NCBI RefSeq assembly: GCF_018977255.1
Contig: NW_024704764.1
Coordinates: 7,688,001 to 7,752,000 of the forward strand
Direction of reading: 5' to 3'
DNA from: Callorhinchus milii
Taxonomy: Eukaryota
Length of the DNA: 64,000 nt
Position 1 is the first letter of the stretch; the number at the start of each line of letters is the position of its first letter. Both the position numbers and the translations under genes were made by a program. Of this stretch, positions 1 to 10,385 are shown in pieces. The notes beneath the pieces were generated by a model. That model was not told the origin of the DNA, did no database searches, and saw only the letters and a program-made list of their open reading frames with translations.

Positions 1-29
1 CAACCCTTTACTTTCTTAATCCGCATTTA

Positions 30-92
30 CGTAGCACTCTTCAGATACTACCCCGGATGAAGGGCGCTATACAAATGCAAGTTGTTGTTGTT
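30..92 (+). mobile_element. L2-type 3' tail fragment ending in (GTT)n
   Basis: gaagggcgctatacaaatgcaagttgttgttgtt, the same terminus as the L2 copies at ~5550 and ~23690. Confidence 0.65.
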
Positions 93-194
93 CAGATCCA
101 GTCTTGGCTAAGAGCTCTGCGTCTCATTTTATTGATCGGCCAAAGGATGGGGAGCGTAAGGAGTGGAAATGTCAGACTGCCAAAGTGAGGCACG

Positions 195-1160
195 CAAAAT
201 TACATTGATAGAACGCTTTCACGTCGGGAGGACATCCAATGCGGGGCCCGAGCATGGAGGAGCTGTGGTGTAGGGGTGAGGGAAGGCAGAGAGGTGGAAG
301 TTAAACCAAAGGTACGGTCGAAGAGAAGGGTCTTGAGACCGGCCTTAAAGGAGGCAATGGAGGAAGCGAGGCGAAGGGACCGTGGGATGGAGTTCCAGAG
401 TGTGGGGGCAAAGAGGCTGAAAGCTCAACCACCGATGGTAGGGCGGGAGACATGGAGCAGGCCGGAGCCCGCTGAATGGAGGGAGCGGGCGGGTTGGTAG
501 GAAGTCAGCAGGTCAGAGAGGTAGGAGGGGGCAAGGCTATGGATGGCCTTAAAGGTGAGGATGAGGATCTTGAACTCGATCCTCTGGCGGATGGGGAGCC
601 AGTAGAGTCGGGCGAGGGTGGGAGTGATGGGGTCGCGGAGCCTGGTGTGTGAGAGTTCACGAGCTGCAGAGTTTTGGATGATCTGCAGTTTGTGAAGGGA
701 AGAGTTGGGAAGGCCGATGAGGAGGGAGTTCCCGTAATCGAGCCTTGAGGTGACGAATGCGTGGGTGAGGGTTTGGGCAGCCTGAGGGGTGAGGCAGTGG
801 CGGAGTCTGGCAATGTTATGGAGGTGGTGGTAGGCAGTGCCGGTCATGGGGCGGATGTGGGGGAGAAAGGACAGTTCAAGACCCCCAGGTTCCTGACTGG
901 CTTAGTGAGGTTGAGTGTGCAGCCGTGGAGTTGCCAGCACCTGAGGTGCGGAGGCGCTGGCGCGAGCCAATCAGGAGGGCCTCGGTCTTGTTGTCGTTGA
1001 GTTGGAGAAAGTTGTCCCTCGTCCAGGACTTGATGTCGGACAGGCAGTCGGTCAGGACAGCAGTGGTCCTGGAGTTGAGGGTGGAGACAGAGAGAGATAG
1101 AGTTAGAGTTGGGTGTCATATCTGCGGATGAAGTCACGAAGGGGGAGCACGTAGAGGGTT
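195..1160 (-). mobile_element. 5'-truncated L2-clade LINE (RT C-terminal region and 3' UTR)
   Basis: ORF 425-847(-) reads HAFVTSRLDYGNSLLIGLP...QNSAAR...WLPIRQRIEFKIL...APSYLSDLL, typical of the L2 ORF2 C-terminus. It is frameshifted and the YADD segment is deleted. Confidence 0.9.
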
Positions 1161-1559
1161 GGTTACGTCAACGGTGATGTGGCGCTTAGTCACCTCGTCA
1201 GAACGGAAGTCGCCTTATTGAGGGCTTGGAAAGCATTTCCCTGACTAAAGCAATGTCAGGTGCAAATTTGTCAAATTATCAGTGCGCTGTTTGTTTACCT
1301 CCTTTGGAAGCACATTTGAGACTTTTCCATATTTTAATCATAGCTGTTTCATCAAACAGCTGTCGGTGGATCAATTCTGCGCAACTGGGAGAAGAGTTTA
1401 AAGACAATCTGTGCGCATGTTACGTTAGAACTGTTAACAGCACCATCCAGACCAGTATTACACCATCATTACATGCCTCCTGTAATTTTAAATAAATAAT
1501 AACACCAGTGACATCTAGTGGACATGTTATAGTATTTTCACCCACCTTCATTTTACTAA

Positions 1560-1912
1560 CAATATTCCTTGCATTTGATATAGCGCCTTATCACGTTGTT
1601 GAGACGTCTCAAAGCGCTTCACAGAATATACTGTAAAATGGATTGACTGTGTACCTTGTGGGCGAAACGCGGCAGGCAGTTGCAAATCCTTGCATTTCAA
1701 CGTCTCAAGCACGTCACAGGATATTTACTGTATTTTGCAGGCAAGTTAATCCTCGACTGGTTGTGGGACGCTGCCGTGCGCAATTGGCTAATGCATTTCG
1801 CCCGCAAAATATACAGCCAATTGACTTTACGGTATATTCTGCGAAGCAGTTCGAGACTTCTGGAAGACGTGATAAGGTGCTGTATCAAATGCAAGGATCA
1901 TTATTATTATCA
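1560..1912. mobile_element. Inverted cluster of SINE 3' halves (minus, minus, plus)
   Basis: ccttgcatttgatatagcgcc (minus-strand tail) at ~1567, a second minus fragment at ~1686, and a plus copy from 1760 to 1912 ending caaggatcattattat. Confidence 0.8.
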
Positions 1913-2227
1913 TAACTGTTTGGGCTGCTTTGATGAGCCGGGGGGGGGGGGGGGGGGGGGGAGGAATGAGCCCAGTGTTCAATGCTGCAAAGGTGTGAAT
2001 TGCACTCTCTGATCTCACCTCCACAAGGTGGTGTGAGGGACAGGAGGGCTCCAGAACAATTTACACTGTATCAGCCCTCTGCAATAACGCTGCACAGCTG
2101 GAGATGAGTCATGGCACAAGATGCAAATACTGTACAAACGCAGCGCAAAAAAAATCATTCTCTGCCTATTTCATTCCAACAGACCATTTCACCTTGAACA
2201 TTTTTTGTCAAATGTAAGGATTGTTGT

Positions 2228-2598
2228 GGAGTCCTTAGCGTAGTGGTTAGAGCACTCGCCTCGCAAGCGAGAGGACCCGGGTCGGGTTCCTGGGCAAGGC
2301 GAAATATTGGGCAAGTTTCCTCACTTCATACGCCTCTGTTTACCTGGCAGTAAGCAGGAACCCGGTTGTTATGCAACCGGTTCGATTTTCGGGGGCGATT
2401 AATCCCTTTCAAAAAAAATTGGGTCACTCATTCCACGGCCGTTTGTGGGGGGACGTCGCTGTGCGCAATCGGCTGCCACGTTTAGCCCACAAAACATACA
2501 GTCAATTCACTTGACAGCGTGTCCTGTGAAGCGCTTTGAGACGTCTCGAAGATGAGATAAGGCGCTGTATCGAATGCGAGGATTATTATTACTATTAT
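2228..2598 (+). mobile_element. Full-length tRNA-derived SINE (tRNA-Ala-like head, CORE-like middle, Deu-like 3' part, L2-type tail)
   Basis: A-box tagcgtagtgg; anticodon arm ctcgc-ctCGCaa-gcgag; ttgggcaagtttcc...gcctctgtttacc; ctgtgcgcaatcggctgcc; tail gattattatt. Confidence 0.88.
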
Positions 2599-2939
2599 AA
2601 AGACTTGAGATCAAAGAAGTGGAAACATATTCAAGACTTGCCAAGATTTATACGAGGAGAAACGAAAAATATTATTGTGGATTCAGAGAAGTTTGTTGCC
2701 ATGGCTACGGCTGGACTGCTGATATGACTGGCGTTGTGATAAGATGTGGCTAAATATAGCATTCATTACAAGTTGTCCTTTACCTCTCCAATTCTGCTCC
2801 ATTATTCTGTTGCAATAAATTGGATGTTGAAAAGCATTATGAAATTTAAGAGCTGAGATCAAAGAAACACAGGGTTCATTTGTGTATCATTTATTCAGCA
2901 AGTAACACAAGCTAAGTTGCTGTGTACGTAAATCAAAAT

Positions 2940-4130
2940 ACAAGCCCCACAATCACTCCAGTTTACTGTATGTCCTGTGAAGCGCTTTGAGATGTCCTCC
3001 TGAAGTGAAAGGCGCTGTATCAAGTGTAAGGATTATTATTATCATCATCATCTGTTCGTCTATCTGTGTGATATATTTGGATCATTTGGATTCAAGGCAG
3101 ATTGCAATTTAAAATGTTTGCATAAAATTGCTATTTGCACGTACGAAACAAGGCACTTGTTAGTGATTATTAAACGAAACGGATCTGATTGTGAAGCCTG
3201 TAATAATCCCTTAAAAAAATTGGGTCACTCAATGTGTTTGCGAGACACTGCTGTGTGCAATTGGCTGCTGTGTTTCACCCACAAAACAGTCAATTCACTT
3301 GATAGTATATTCTGTGAAGCGCTTTGAGACATGTCGAAGGCGTGATAAGGCGCTATATAAAAATGCAAGGATTATTATTACATACAGTGACATTTTAAAC
3401 AACTGGGTGATTTGACGAGTGTGTAAATGCACGGAATGAGACCTATGAATGGAACAGTAGCACGACACGCAGCTGGTTGCAAATGAGCTGTGGTTCTGCT
3501 ATTACTTTTATATCCCAGCGTTCAAAAAAAAAAAATGTGAATGACTCATCACAGAGCATTCTCAAAAAGAAAACTTTCCTGACTAGGCAAACGGAAAGCA
3601 AGCTTGCGGTCTATTGAGTGACCGTGGGGGTAAGATTATGAAACATGGCACATGCACTCACAAGCGCACGTGAAACTAATCTCACTAGTTTCAATGATGC
3701 AAATGAAACATCCCCCCAAGATAGAATGAATAGAAAGCGTCATTATTTCCACTGTTTGGGTGGGATGCCAGTAGGTGTCTGAAGGCAAGGATTATTCAAA
3801 ATGCAGAAAACAAGTCGCAAGTTTAACAACTCGCACGTTTTGGTTAAAAGGCTACTTTCATTTGGGTTGTTGACCAGCGGCATTTGCAACATGAAGGTAA
3901 CGTTTGTCATTTCTTTAAAGAATGACTTGTCGCCACAACAAGTAATAATAATCCTTTCATTTGATGTCTTACCTCAAGCGCCTTCCATGTCAGCAGGATG
4001 TCTCAAAGCGCTTCACAGGATTTACGATAAAGCGTAGTGACTATGTGTTTTGAAGATGGATCCGGCAGCCAATTTGCACACAGCAATGTCTCACAAACAG
4101 CCTACGAAGTGAATGAGCAATTTTATTTGG
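2940..4130. mobile_element. Three truncated SINE copies (2940-3050 +, 3200-3380 +, 3945-4130 -)
   Basis: Each carries gtgaagcgctttgagac...ggcgct.tat.aaatgcaaggattatt or its reverse complement. Confidence 0.75.
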
Positions 4131-4596
4131 GTTGGGGGGGGATTGTGGTCCCGGATGTGACTGTGCATTTGCACGTGTATTTGTAGATTAATGGTCCTTA
4201 ATTATTCTCAAATTATTATGTTGTTTCAAAATCAGTAAAACATCATGAATCAGAACCGTTGCAACTTAGGCACAAATCTCATGTGGACTTTGCTTTAAGA
4301 CTAAGCCTCAAACTTTAATATTGTGCTAAACGACGGAAAAGTCTTAAACTGCAGGAACCAACTGAAAACATTCCGTCCAGGCTTAATAAGATTATTGTCT
4401 TAAACTTAAGACCATGCACAATTTCAGTCCTTATGTTTGCTTGCCTACCCTGATTGAGTTGAAAAATATAAATACAGTACTAAATTGCTTACAAAATATA
4501 GTCACTCCATTCTATAGTAAAATTCTATGAAGCGCTTTGAGACTTCCTTCTGACATGAAAGGAGCTGTATCAAATGCACACATTATTATTATTACT

Positions 4597-5557
4597 GAAG
4601 CCACACCTTTACACCTTTCACCAAACCCCACGGCCTAATCGCCGTGGCAGTAGTGTGGCTCTCATCTCCTGGTCCCCCCTCGGCCTTTCCCCTTAGTTTT
4701 CCGAAACCTTCCCCTCCTTTGAACACCTGGAACACATTCACCACCCCTCCAGGCTTTCCTTCAAAATCCTCCTTGTTTACCGTCCCACCCAAGCCTTCCC
4801 ACACCTTCCTCTCGGACATCTCCACCCTCCTATCTTCCCTCTCCCTCTCCTCTGAACGCCTCCTTATCTTAGGTGACTTTAACCCACTTCACCCCCTCCT
4901 GCTCTACCTCTGCCGACTTCTCTTCCCTCCTCTCTTCCATTAACCTCTCCCTCTTCTTTCACTCCTCCACCCACGTCCGTGGCCACCCCCTTGACCTGGT
5001 GATCACCCGGGGCCTCACCGCCTTGGACATCACCATCGTCGATAAAGCGATCTCGGACCACCACTTCATCTCCCTCAACACCTCAGTACCCCTTCTCCTT
5101 TCCCAACCTTCCATCATTACATACCGTCCATGGAAAAAAATTTCCTCCCTCTCCCTCTCCACTGCCCTGGTCCTCACGTACAAAGCCCGTACACGTACAT
5201 GGCCTCACCCCAAGCTACCTCTGCGACCTCCTAACCCCCTACCAACCCGCCCGATCACTCTGCTCAGCCGGCTCTGGCTGCTCCACGTCCCTGGACCCAT
5301 CCGACCCATCATTGGCGGGAGAGCCTTCAGCCACTCCGCCCCCAACCTCTGGATTCCATCCCCCAGCCTCGCCCCCTCGTTAGCCTCCTTCAAGTCCCGC
5401 CTCAAAACCCTCCTCTTCGACCAGGCCATCGCCCTTCCCCTCCCCTCCCTTCCCACCCCCTGACCCAGCTCAGGTCTGAAACGCTGTACACTGTCCAGCG
5501 CCTTGGGACGTCCTCCCGATGTGAAAGGGGCTATACAAATGTAAGCTTGTTGTTGTT
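4597..5557 (+). mobile_element. Internally deleted L2 LINE: APE endonuclease fragment fused to the 3' end
   Basis: Endonuclease motifs LLILGDFN, THVRGHPLDLVITRG and ISDH, then a jump near 5165 to VLTYKA...GGRAFS...FKSRLKTLLF and the tail aaatgtaagcttgttgttgtt. Confidence 0.88.
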
Positions 5558-6150
5558 ACTGTGGCAAAAAGTAGTCAATCAGTCAGATGGCTTTCTTTCA
5601 TAAGTTACAAATGTTGAGATATTCTAATCAAACAGTACATAGCGCAATTGCATTTCTCTCAATGCTGTTTCTTTCTATTGTTATTTTAAATGTTATTGTT
5701 ATCGACATTTCGCCCACAAAAGTACACAGTCAATTCAATTAACAGAATATCCTGTGAAGTTCTTTGAGAGACGTCTCAGCGACATGATAAGGCAAATGCA
5801 AGTATTATTATTATTATTATTGGCGTTCTTTGGCTTTTCAAATGGGTAAAATAGCAATTCGAGAGAAGATTTTGCACATTCTGAAGCGGCTGCAGTTTGT
5901 CCAGCAGGAGGCACGTTTTCACGGGGAGATGAAGAAACCAGTGTCAGACATGTCCATTTTGCTATGATTGGCAATGCTGCTCTTTGTCCTTGAAGGGGCA
6001 GCAGCCCAGCATCTCACCTTGGACCTCAGCCTGACATAGCACGGCAAGAGTGACATTAGCAATCAGGACTTTGAGGCTTTCATTAAACTTTTATGCGTCA
6101 AAGCCGGTTTAGAAAGTATAGCAATCTGCAAACGGCCTGAAGATTTCATT

Positions 6151-6505
6151 GAGTTCTGTAACTCAGTGGTTAAGAGCACTCGACTCGCAAGCGGGAGGAC
6201 CCAGGTTCGATTCCGGTGCAGGGCGAAACATGAGGAAAGTTCCCTCACCTGTTTACCAAGCAGTAAGTAGGAACCCGATTGTTTAGTTGATTGGCGGATC
6301 GCTTACCGGGAATAATTGGCCTTCAGAAAATAATCAGGTTATTCAATCCTTGACTGTTTGTGAGATACTGCTGTGTGCAATTGGTTGCCGCATTTCACCC
6401 ACAAAATATACAGTCAATTCACTTCACAATATATCCTGTTATGCTCTTTTGAGACACTTCGAGGACCTGTTAAGGTGCTACATCAAATGCAAAGATTATT
6501 ATTAT
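6151..6505 (+). mobile_element. Full-length tRNA-derived SINE
   Basis: Intact B-box GGTTCGATTCC (6204-6214); same body and tail as the 2228 copy. Confidence 0.88.
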
Positions 6506-7104
6506 ATGTACAAGTTTATATAAAAAGAACCGGGCAATGTTGCACAGTAAGCCAATCTGAGATATGAATGGGGTTATGTGTTCAGTTGTAATTGCCCGAG
6601 CATTGGGGCTTTGGCTTATAGGGTTGAGGGCACGAATACACCTCTAAGAGTACCCTATCTCCTCTCACCATGCTTATTCCTCATTCCCCCAAAGAATTAA
6701 GAGCTTTTGTTTTAGACATGGGACTAAGTTTATTGACCTCTAGGAGTTGGATGAACACACCCAAAGCCTTCCAAAATCACTCAACTGCCCGAACACCCCA
6801 GATCCTTTGTAATAAACCACTCTTGCATTTTATAATGGCGTTGGCAATATAAGGTTGTGACATTATTTAACTGTTCTCTTATACGTTATCTAGGTAAGAT
6901 TTTTTATTGAGATGAAATATGGCTCACAAGTCATGCCAAGTTTTATACCCTTGTTATCAACCATAATTGGACCTGCTGTATTCTTGCCAATGTTTAGTTG
7001 GCCAAACCTAAAACACGTTAAATCAATTCTATAATATTTGCATCTGATACACAGCTTTATTACACTCGGATTGCTGCGCAGTTACTTTCAAGTGTAGTGA
7101 CTTG

Positions 7105-7500
7105 CTGAAGTCCATCTCCCTGTTCAGATGGACGCTAAAGATCCCATTGCACTCTTCGAAAAGAGAAGGGGGTTTCTCCCAGTGTGCCCCGAATAAAATT
7201 GATCATTCACCAGGTCACTCAATCCATGACAATTTGTGGGACACTGCTGTGCGCAAGTGGCTGCTGTTTTTGCTCACAAAATATACAGTGAATTCACTTT
7301 ACAGTACATGGTATTACGCTCTTTGAGTCGTCTCGAGGACCTGATAAGGTGCTGTATCAAATGACTTTGCGTGGGACATTGCTGTGCGTAAATCAGCTGC
7401 TCTGTTCACCTGCAAAATACCTTGTAGTGAAATCTACAAAACACTTTGAAATGTCCTCTTGATCTGAAAGAACTTGTGACAATGCAAGGATTGTTATTAT
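7105..7500 (+). mobile_element. Deu-domain SINE fragment followed by a second SINE tail
   Basis: gttcagatggacgctaaagatcccattgcactcttcgaa resembles the remembered DeuSINE (AmnSINE1/SacSINE1) conserved domain; the common 3' tail follows twice. Confidence 0.7.
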
Positions 7501-8164
7501 TTTTGTACTTTGAAGACTTGAACGTTAATTACATTTAAACCTGCACATACAACGTATTTTTTAAAAAAATATGTGAAAGGCTACCAGCCAAAATCAACAC
7601 AAGAAGTGCAAAACACTGCTGTATTCTCGTGAAAAATAAAAAGCCACGGTAATTGATAAGTACGTAACTTAGTCCAATTACTTGTTATTTTTGTGAAGCA
7701 CTTTGAGACGTCTCAATGAGGTGATAAGGCGCTATATCAAATGCAAGGAATATTATTATTATTTCAGATGTTATTTCTGTTTGCTATCAGTCTCTATCTT
7801 AATGCTTTGCTTTTCGTTGATCGCACAGAAGGGTGCTTGTCAGGGAAACATCATAAAAAGGCATGTAGCAAAGCACCAGTTGGAATTTAAAACAAAATGG
7901 AAAGTCATTTTATTTTTTGATAGCAACAGGACTTCAAATCACCTCCAATCCGGTATGCAAATGTCGTAGACTTGAGTTGCATTCATCTTGCAAGGGATTA
8001 AATGTAATCGAAATGCACTGAGGTGGATTCGCAAAATAATAAAGTTGTTTGTGAAAAAATACTGTACAAGCTCCCCATTCACACAGCGCATCTCATCTTA
8101 TTCTACAGTAGCAAGAGCTTGCCATCACCTTCAATCGGGTTTGCAAATGCAAACAATGTATTAA

Positions 8165-8335
8165 AAAAATCCTTGCGTTTGATATTGCACCTCATCACGT
8201 CTTCGAGACGTCTCAAAGCACTTCACAGAATACACTGTAAAGTGAATTGACTGTATATTTCGTGGGTGAAACACAACAGCCAATTGCGCACAGTAGAGTC
8301 CCCACAAACAGTCGTGGATTGAAGTGACCAATTTT
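8165..8335 (-). mobile_element. SINE 3' half
   Basis: Reverse complement of the family tail (ccttgcgtttgatat...cagccaattgcgcacag). Confidence 0.8.
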
Positions 8336-8443
8336 AAATTATTTTTTTTCTATTTTTCAAATAGAATTTGAATAGCATAAAAAAAGGGAGAGATTAAATG
8401 CAACCGACTTGAATTGATTTGCGAAGGGTGGGAGGGGATAAAA

Positions 8444-8521
8444 CTATATATAGGGAGGGTAAACAAAAACCTTAAGTCCAACTCCCATTCACAGGCTACA
8501 TTTTAATTGTACGGTACGTGT

Positions 8522-8556
<35 letters not shown>

Positions 8557-8855
8557 AGGAGGTTGCAATGGAGCTTTGCAAGTGAAATTGGAGCGTTGAT
8601 TGCAGAAAATATATGAATGCAGCTTCCCATTCACTCCCCTGCATTATTAAAAAAATAATATCTATAAATAGGAATTTGCAATTTGGGGCATTTGCAAATG
8701 CAAACCTGGGATTGGGATTTGCAGAGTGTGTTTTGAGTTGCGAAGGGAGGAAAGAAAGCAATGGGGGGGTTGGGGTTGGGAATAAGGGGAGAGAGAGGAA
8801 GAGCTGGAAATAAACAAATGCTGCATTTTTTTTTAAAAAAGAAATCTATAAATAG
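8444..8855. promoter_or_regulatory. Cluster of three perfect MEF2 sites upstream of the CpG island
   Basis: CTATATATAG 8444-8453, CTATAAATAG 8662-8671 and CTATAAATAG 8846-8855. Confidence 0.55.
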
Positions 8856-8999
8856 GAATTTGCCATTCGGGCTTTGCAAATGCAAACCTGTGCTGTTGAG
8901 TGCGAAATAATGGGATGAAATTGCAAAGGGAGGAAAGGAAATAAAGAAATGGATAAATGCAACTCCCCCATTCACACACCTGCAGATTTATTTAAAAAA

Positions 9000-9785
9000 A
9001 ATACTAAACAATAATAAATAGCAATAAACGTAAATAAGAATAAATGGTAATAATGAAAAAACAATAAATAGTAACAGATAATAAAAATGAACAATAACCA
9101 ATGATGATTAAAATAATGGTAAAATAATAATAAATCATTAAAGTAATGATAATAAAAAATAATAAAATGGGAACGAATGAAAAATGATAAAATGGGAACA
9201 AATGAAAGATAATAAAATGGGAACAAATGAAAACTAATAAAATGGGAACAAATGAAAAATAATAAATAAAAACAATAAATAATAACAAATAATAATAAAA
9301 CAAAATACTAATAAACAACAACAAACAATAACATCATAATAATAAATAATAACAACACAATAATAACAACACAATAACAAGAAACAATACAACAATAATA
9401 AATGAAAACAATAATAAATAATAATACAACAATAAAAACAATTTAAAAACATCTATAGATAAAATGAAACATAAAAACCATAAAATGGGAGGAAAAGAAA
9501 AAAAATAATGCAGAGAGAGAGAGAGAGAGAGAGAAGGAAAGAACTAAAAAGAACTAAAATAAAAAAGAGAAACAGAGCGATGGAAAGAAAGAAAGAGAGA
9601 AAGAAAAAACAAATCAAATCCAAAGAAAGAAAAAGAAAAAGAGACGGAAAGAAATGAAAGAAAAGTGTGAGAGAGAAAGAGAGAGAGAGAGAGAGAAATG
9701 GAAAGAAATACAATAAAAGAGAGAGAGAGAGAAAAAGAGAGAAAAAAAAAGAAAGAGAAATGAAATGAATGTTAAAAAAAATAAA
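9000..9785. repeat. A-rich low-complexity tract: (AAT/AAC)n, a ~25-bp minisatellite (~4 copies, 9158-9265) and a GA-rich polypurine tract
   Basis: Repeated aataaaatgggaacaaatgaaa units, and (GA)n/AAAG runs from 9490 to 9775. Confidence 0.85.
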
Positions 9786-9854
9786 CGTAGCTCCACACTG
9801 AGGGGTCGGTGTCGGTGTCGGGAGCCGCCGCTGCCGTCGCCGCTGTGCGCGAGG

Positions 9855-9864
9855 CTATTTTTAG
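9855..9864. promoter_or_regulatory. Perfect MEF2 site CTATTTTTAG in the proximal promoter
   Basis: Exact CTA(A/T)4TAG in the context GGCTATTTTTAGC; it is an isolated AT island within GC-rich sequence. Confidence 0.75.
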
Positions 9865-9945
9865 CGCCGGGAGCTCGCGGTGGGGGGGGGGGGGGGGGAG
9901 GGGAGGGGGAGGGGCAGCGCGAGAGCCGGCGGTTGGCCCGGCGTG

Positions 9946-9959
9946 GTCACGTGGCGGGA
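9946..9959. promoter_or_regulatory. E-box GTCACGTGG (USF/MiT-TFE-like) overlapping an E2F-like TGGCGGGA
   Basis: Motif match GGTCACGTGGCGGGA immediately upstream of the inferred TSS. Confidence 0.5.
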
Positions 9960-10385
9960 TGTTGTTGTGCGGCGCGAGGGGGCGCAAGATGGCGGCCACG
10001 GCGACGACGACGACGACGAGAAGAAGCGGAGCCTGAGAGAGAAAGACCGACCGACAGGACCGACCGACCCCGACACACACCGACACCGGGCGGGCGGGCG
10101 GGAGGGAGCACCAGCAGCCGCCCCCGGCGGCGTCTCCCGGTTGCCCTCCTTTCTTTCCTTCTCTCCTTCCTTCCCTTCATTCATCTCTCCCTCTCCCTCT
10201 CTCTCTCTCTCCTTCCTCCCCCCCCTCACTCCCTTCCCCTCACTCACTCACTCACTCACCTACCTAACCGGGAGAGGAGTAACATAACTTCCAAGAGAAG
10301 GAGGGAAGGAGAGAGAGAGAGAGAGAGAAAGAAAGAAAAGAAAGCGAGCGCCCGCCCGCCCGGGCACTTCTTCAACCGTTCAAAG
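9960..10385 (+). other. HDAC5: Putative non-coding exon 1 (start approximate)
   Basis: Lies in the CpG island and contains the YY1 motif typical just downstream of a TSS. It ends at donor AAG|GTATGA (10385/10386); an alternative donor CAT|GTAAGT lies at 10576/10577. Confidence 0.55.
9985..9997 (+). promoter_or_regulatory. YY1 motif CAAGATGGCGGCC
   Basis: Exact match to the YY1 consensus AAGATGGCGGC. Confidence 0.65.

Larger units (their letters stand above)
8070..9000. repeat. Degenerate local duplications (clearest period ~184 bp)
   Basis: Recurring blocks: ctccc(c)attcac (8071, 8482, ~8622, ~8963), atctataaataggaatttgc (8660, 8844) and tttgcaaatgcaaac (8140, 8691, 8873). Confidence 0.7.

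Noticed and set aside
425-847. Functional reverse transcriptase gene
   Set aside because: A truncated, frameshifted L2 fragment lacking the catalytic motif.
2228-2302. tRNA-Ala(CGC) gene (also at 6151, 20751, 25409, 41901)
   Set aside because: The cloverleaves are imperfect and each continues into the same ~300-bp body and (ATT)n tail, so these are SINE heads.
4250-4430. Possible MITE (cttaagac/gtcttaa motifs)
   Set aside because: I could not define terminal inverted repeats or a target-site duplication.
1560-8335. CRISPR-like or regularly spaced array of recurring ~40-bp motifs
   Set aside because: Spacing is irregular, both orientations occur and copies have diverged; these are dispersed SINE tails in a vertebrate genome.
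8972-9796. Hydrophobic F/I/Y/L-rich ORFs on the minus strand
   Set aside because: These are translations of A-rich simple repeats, with no splice or homology support.
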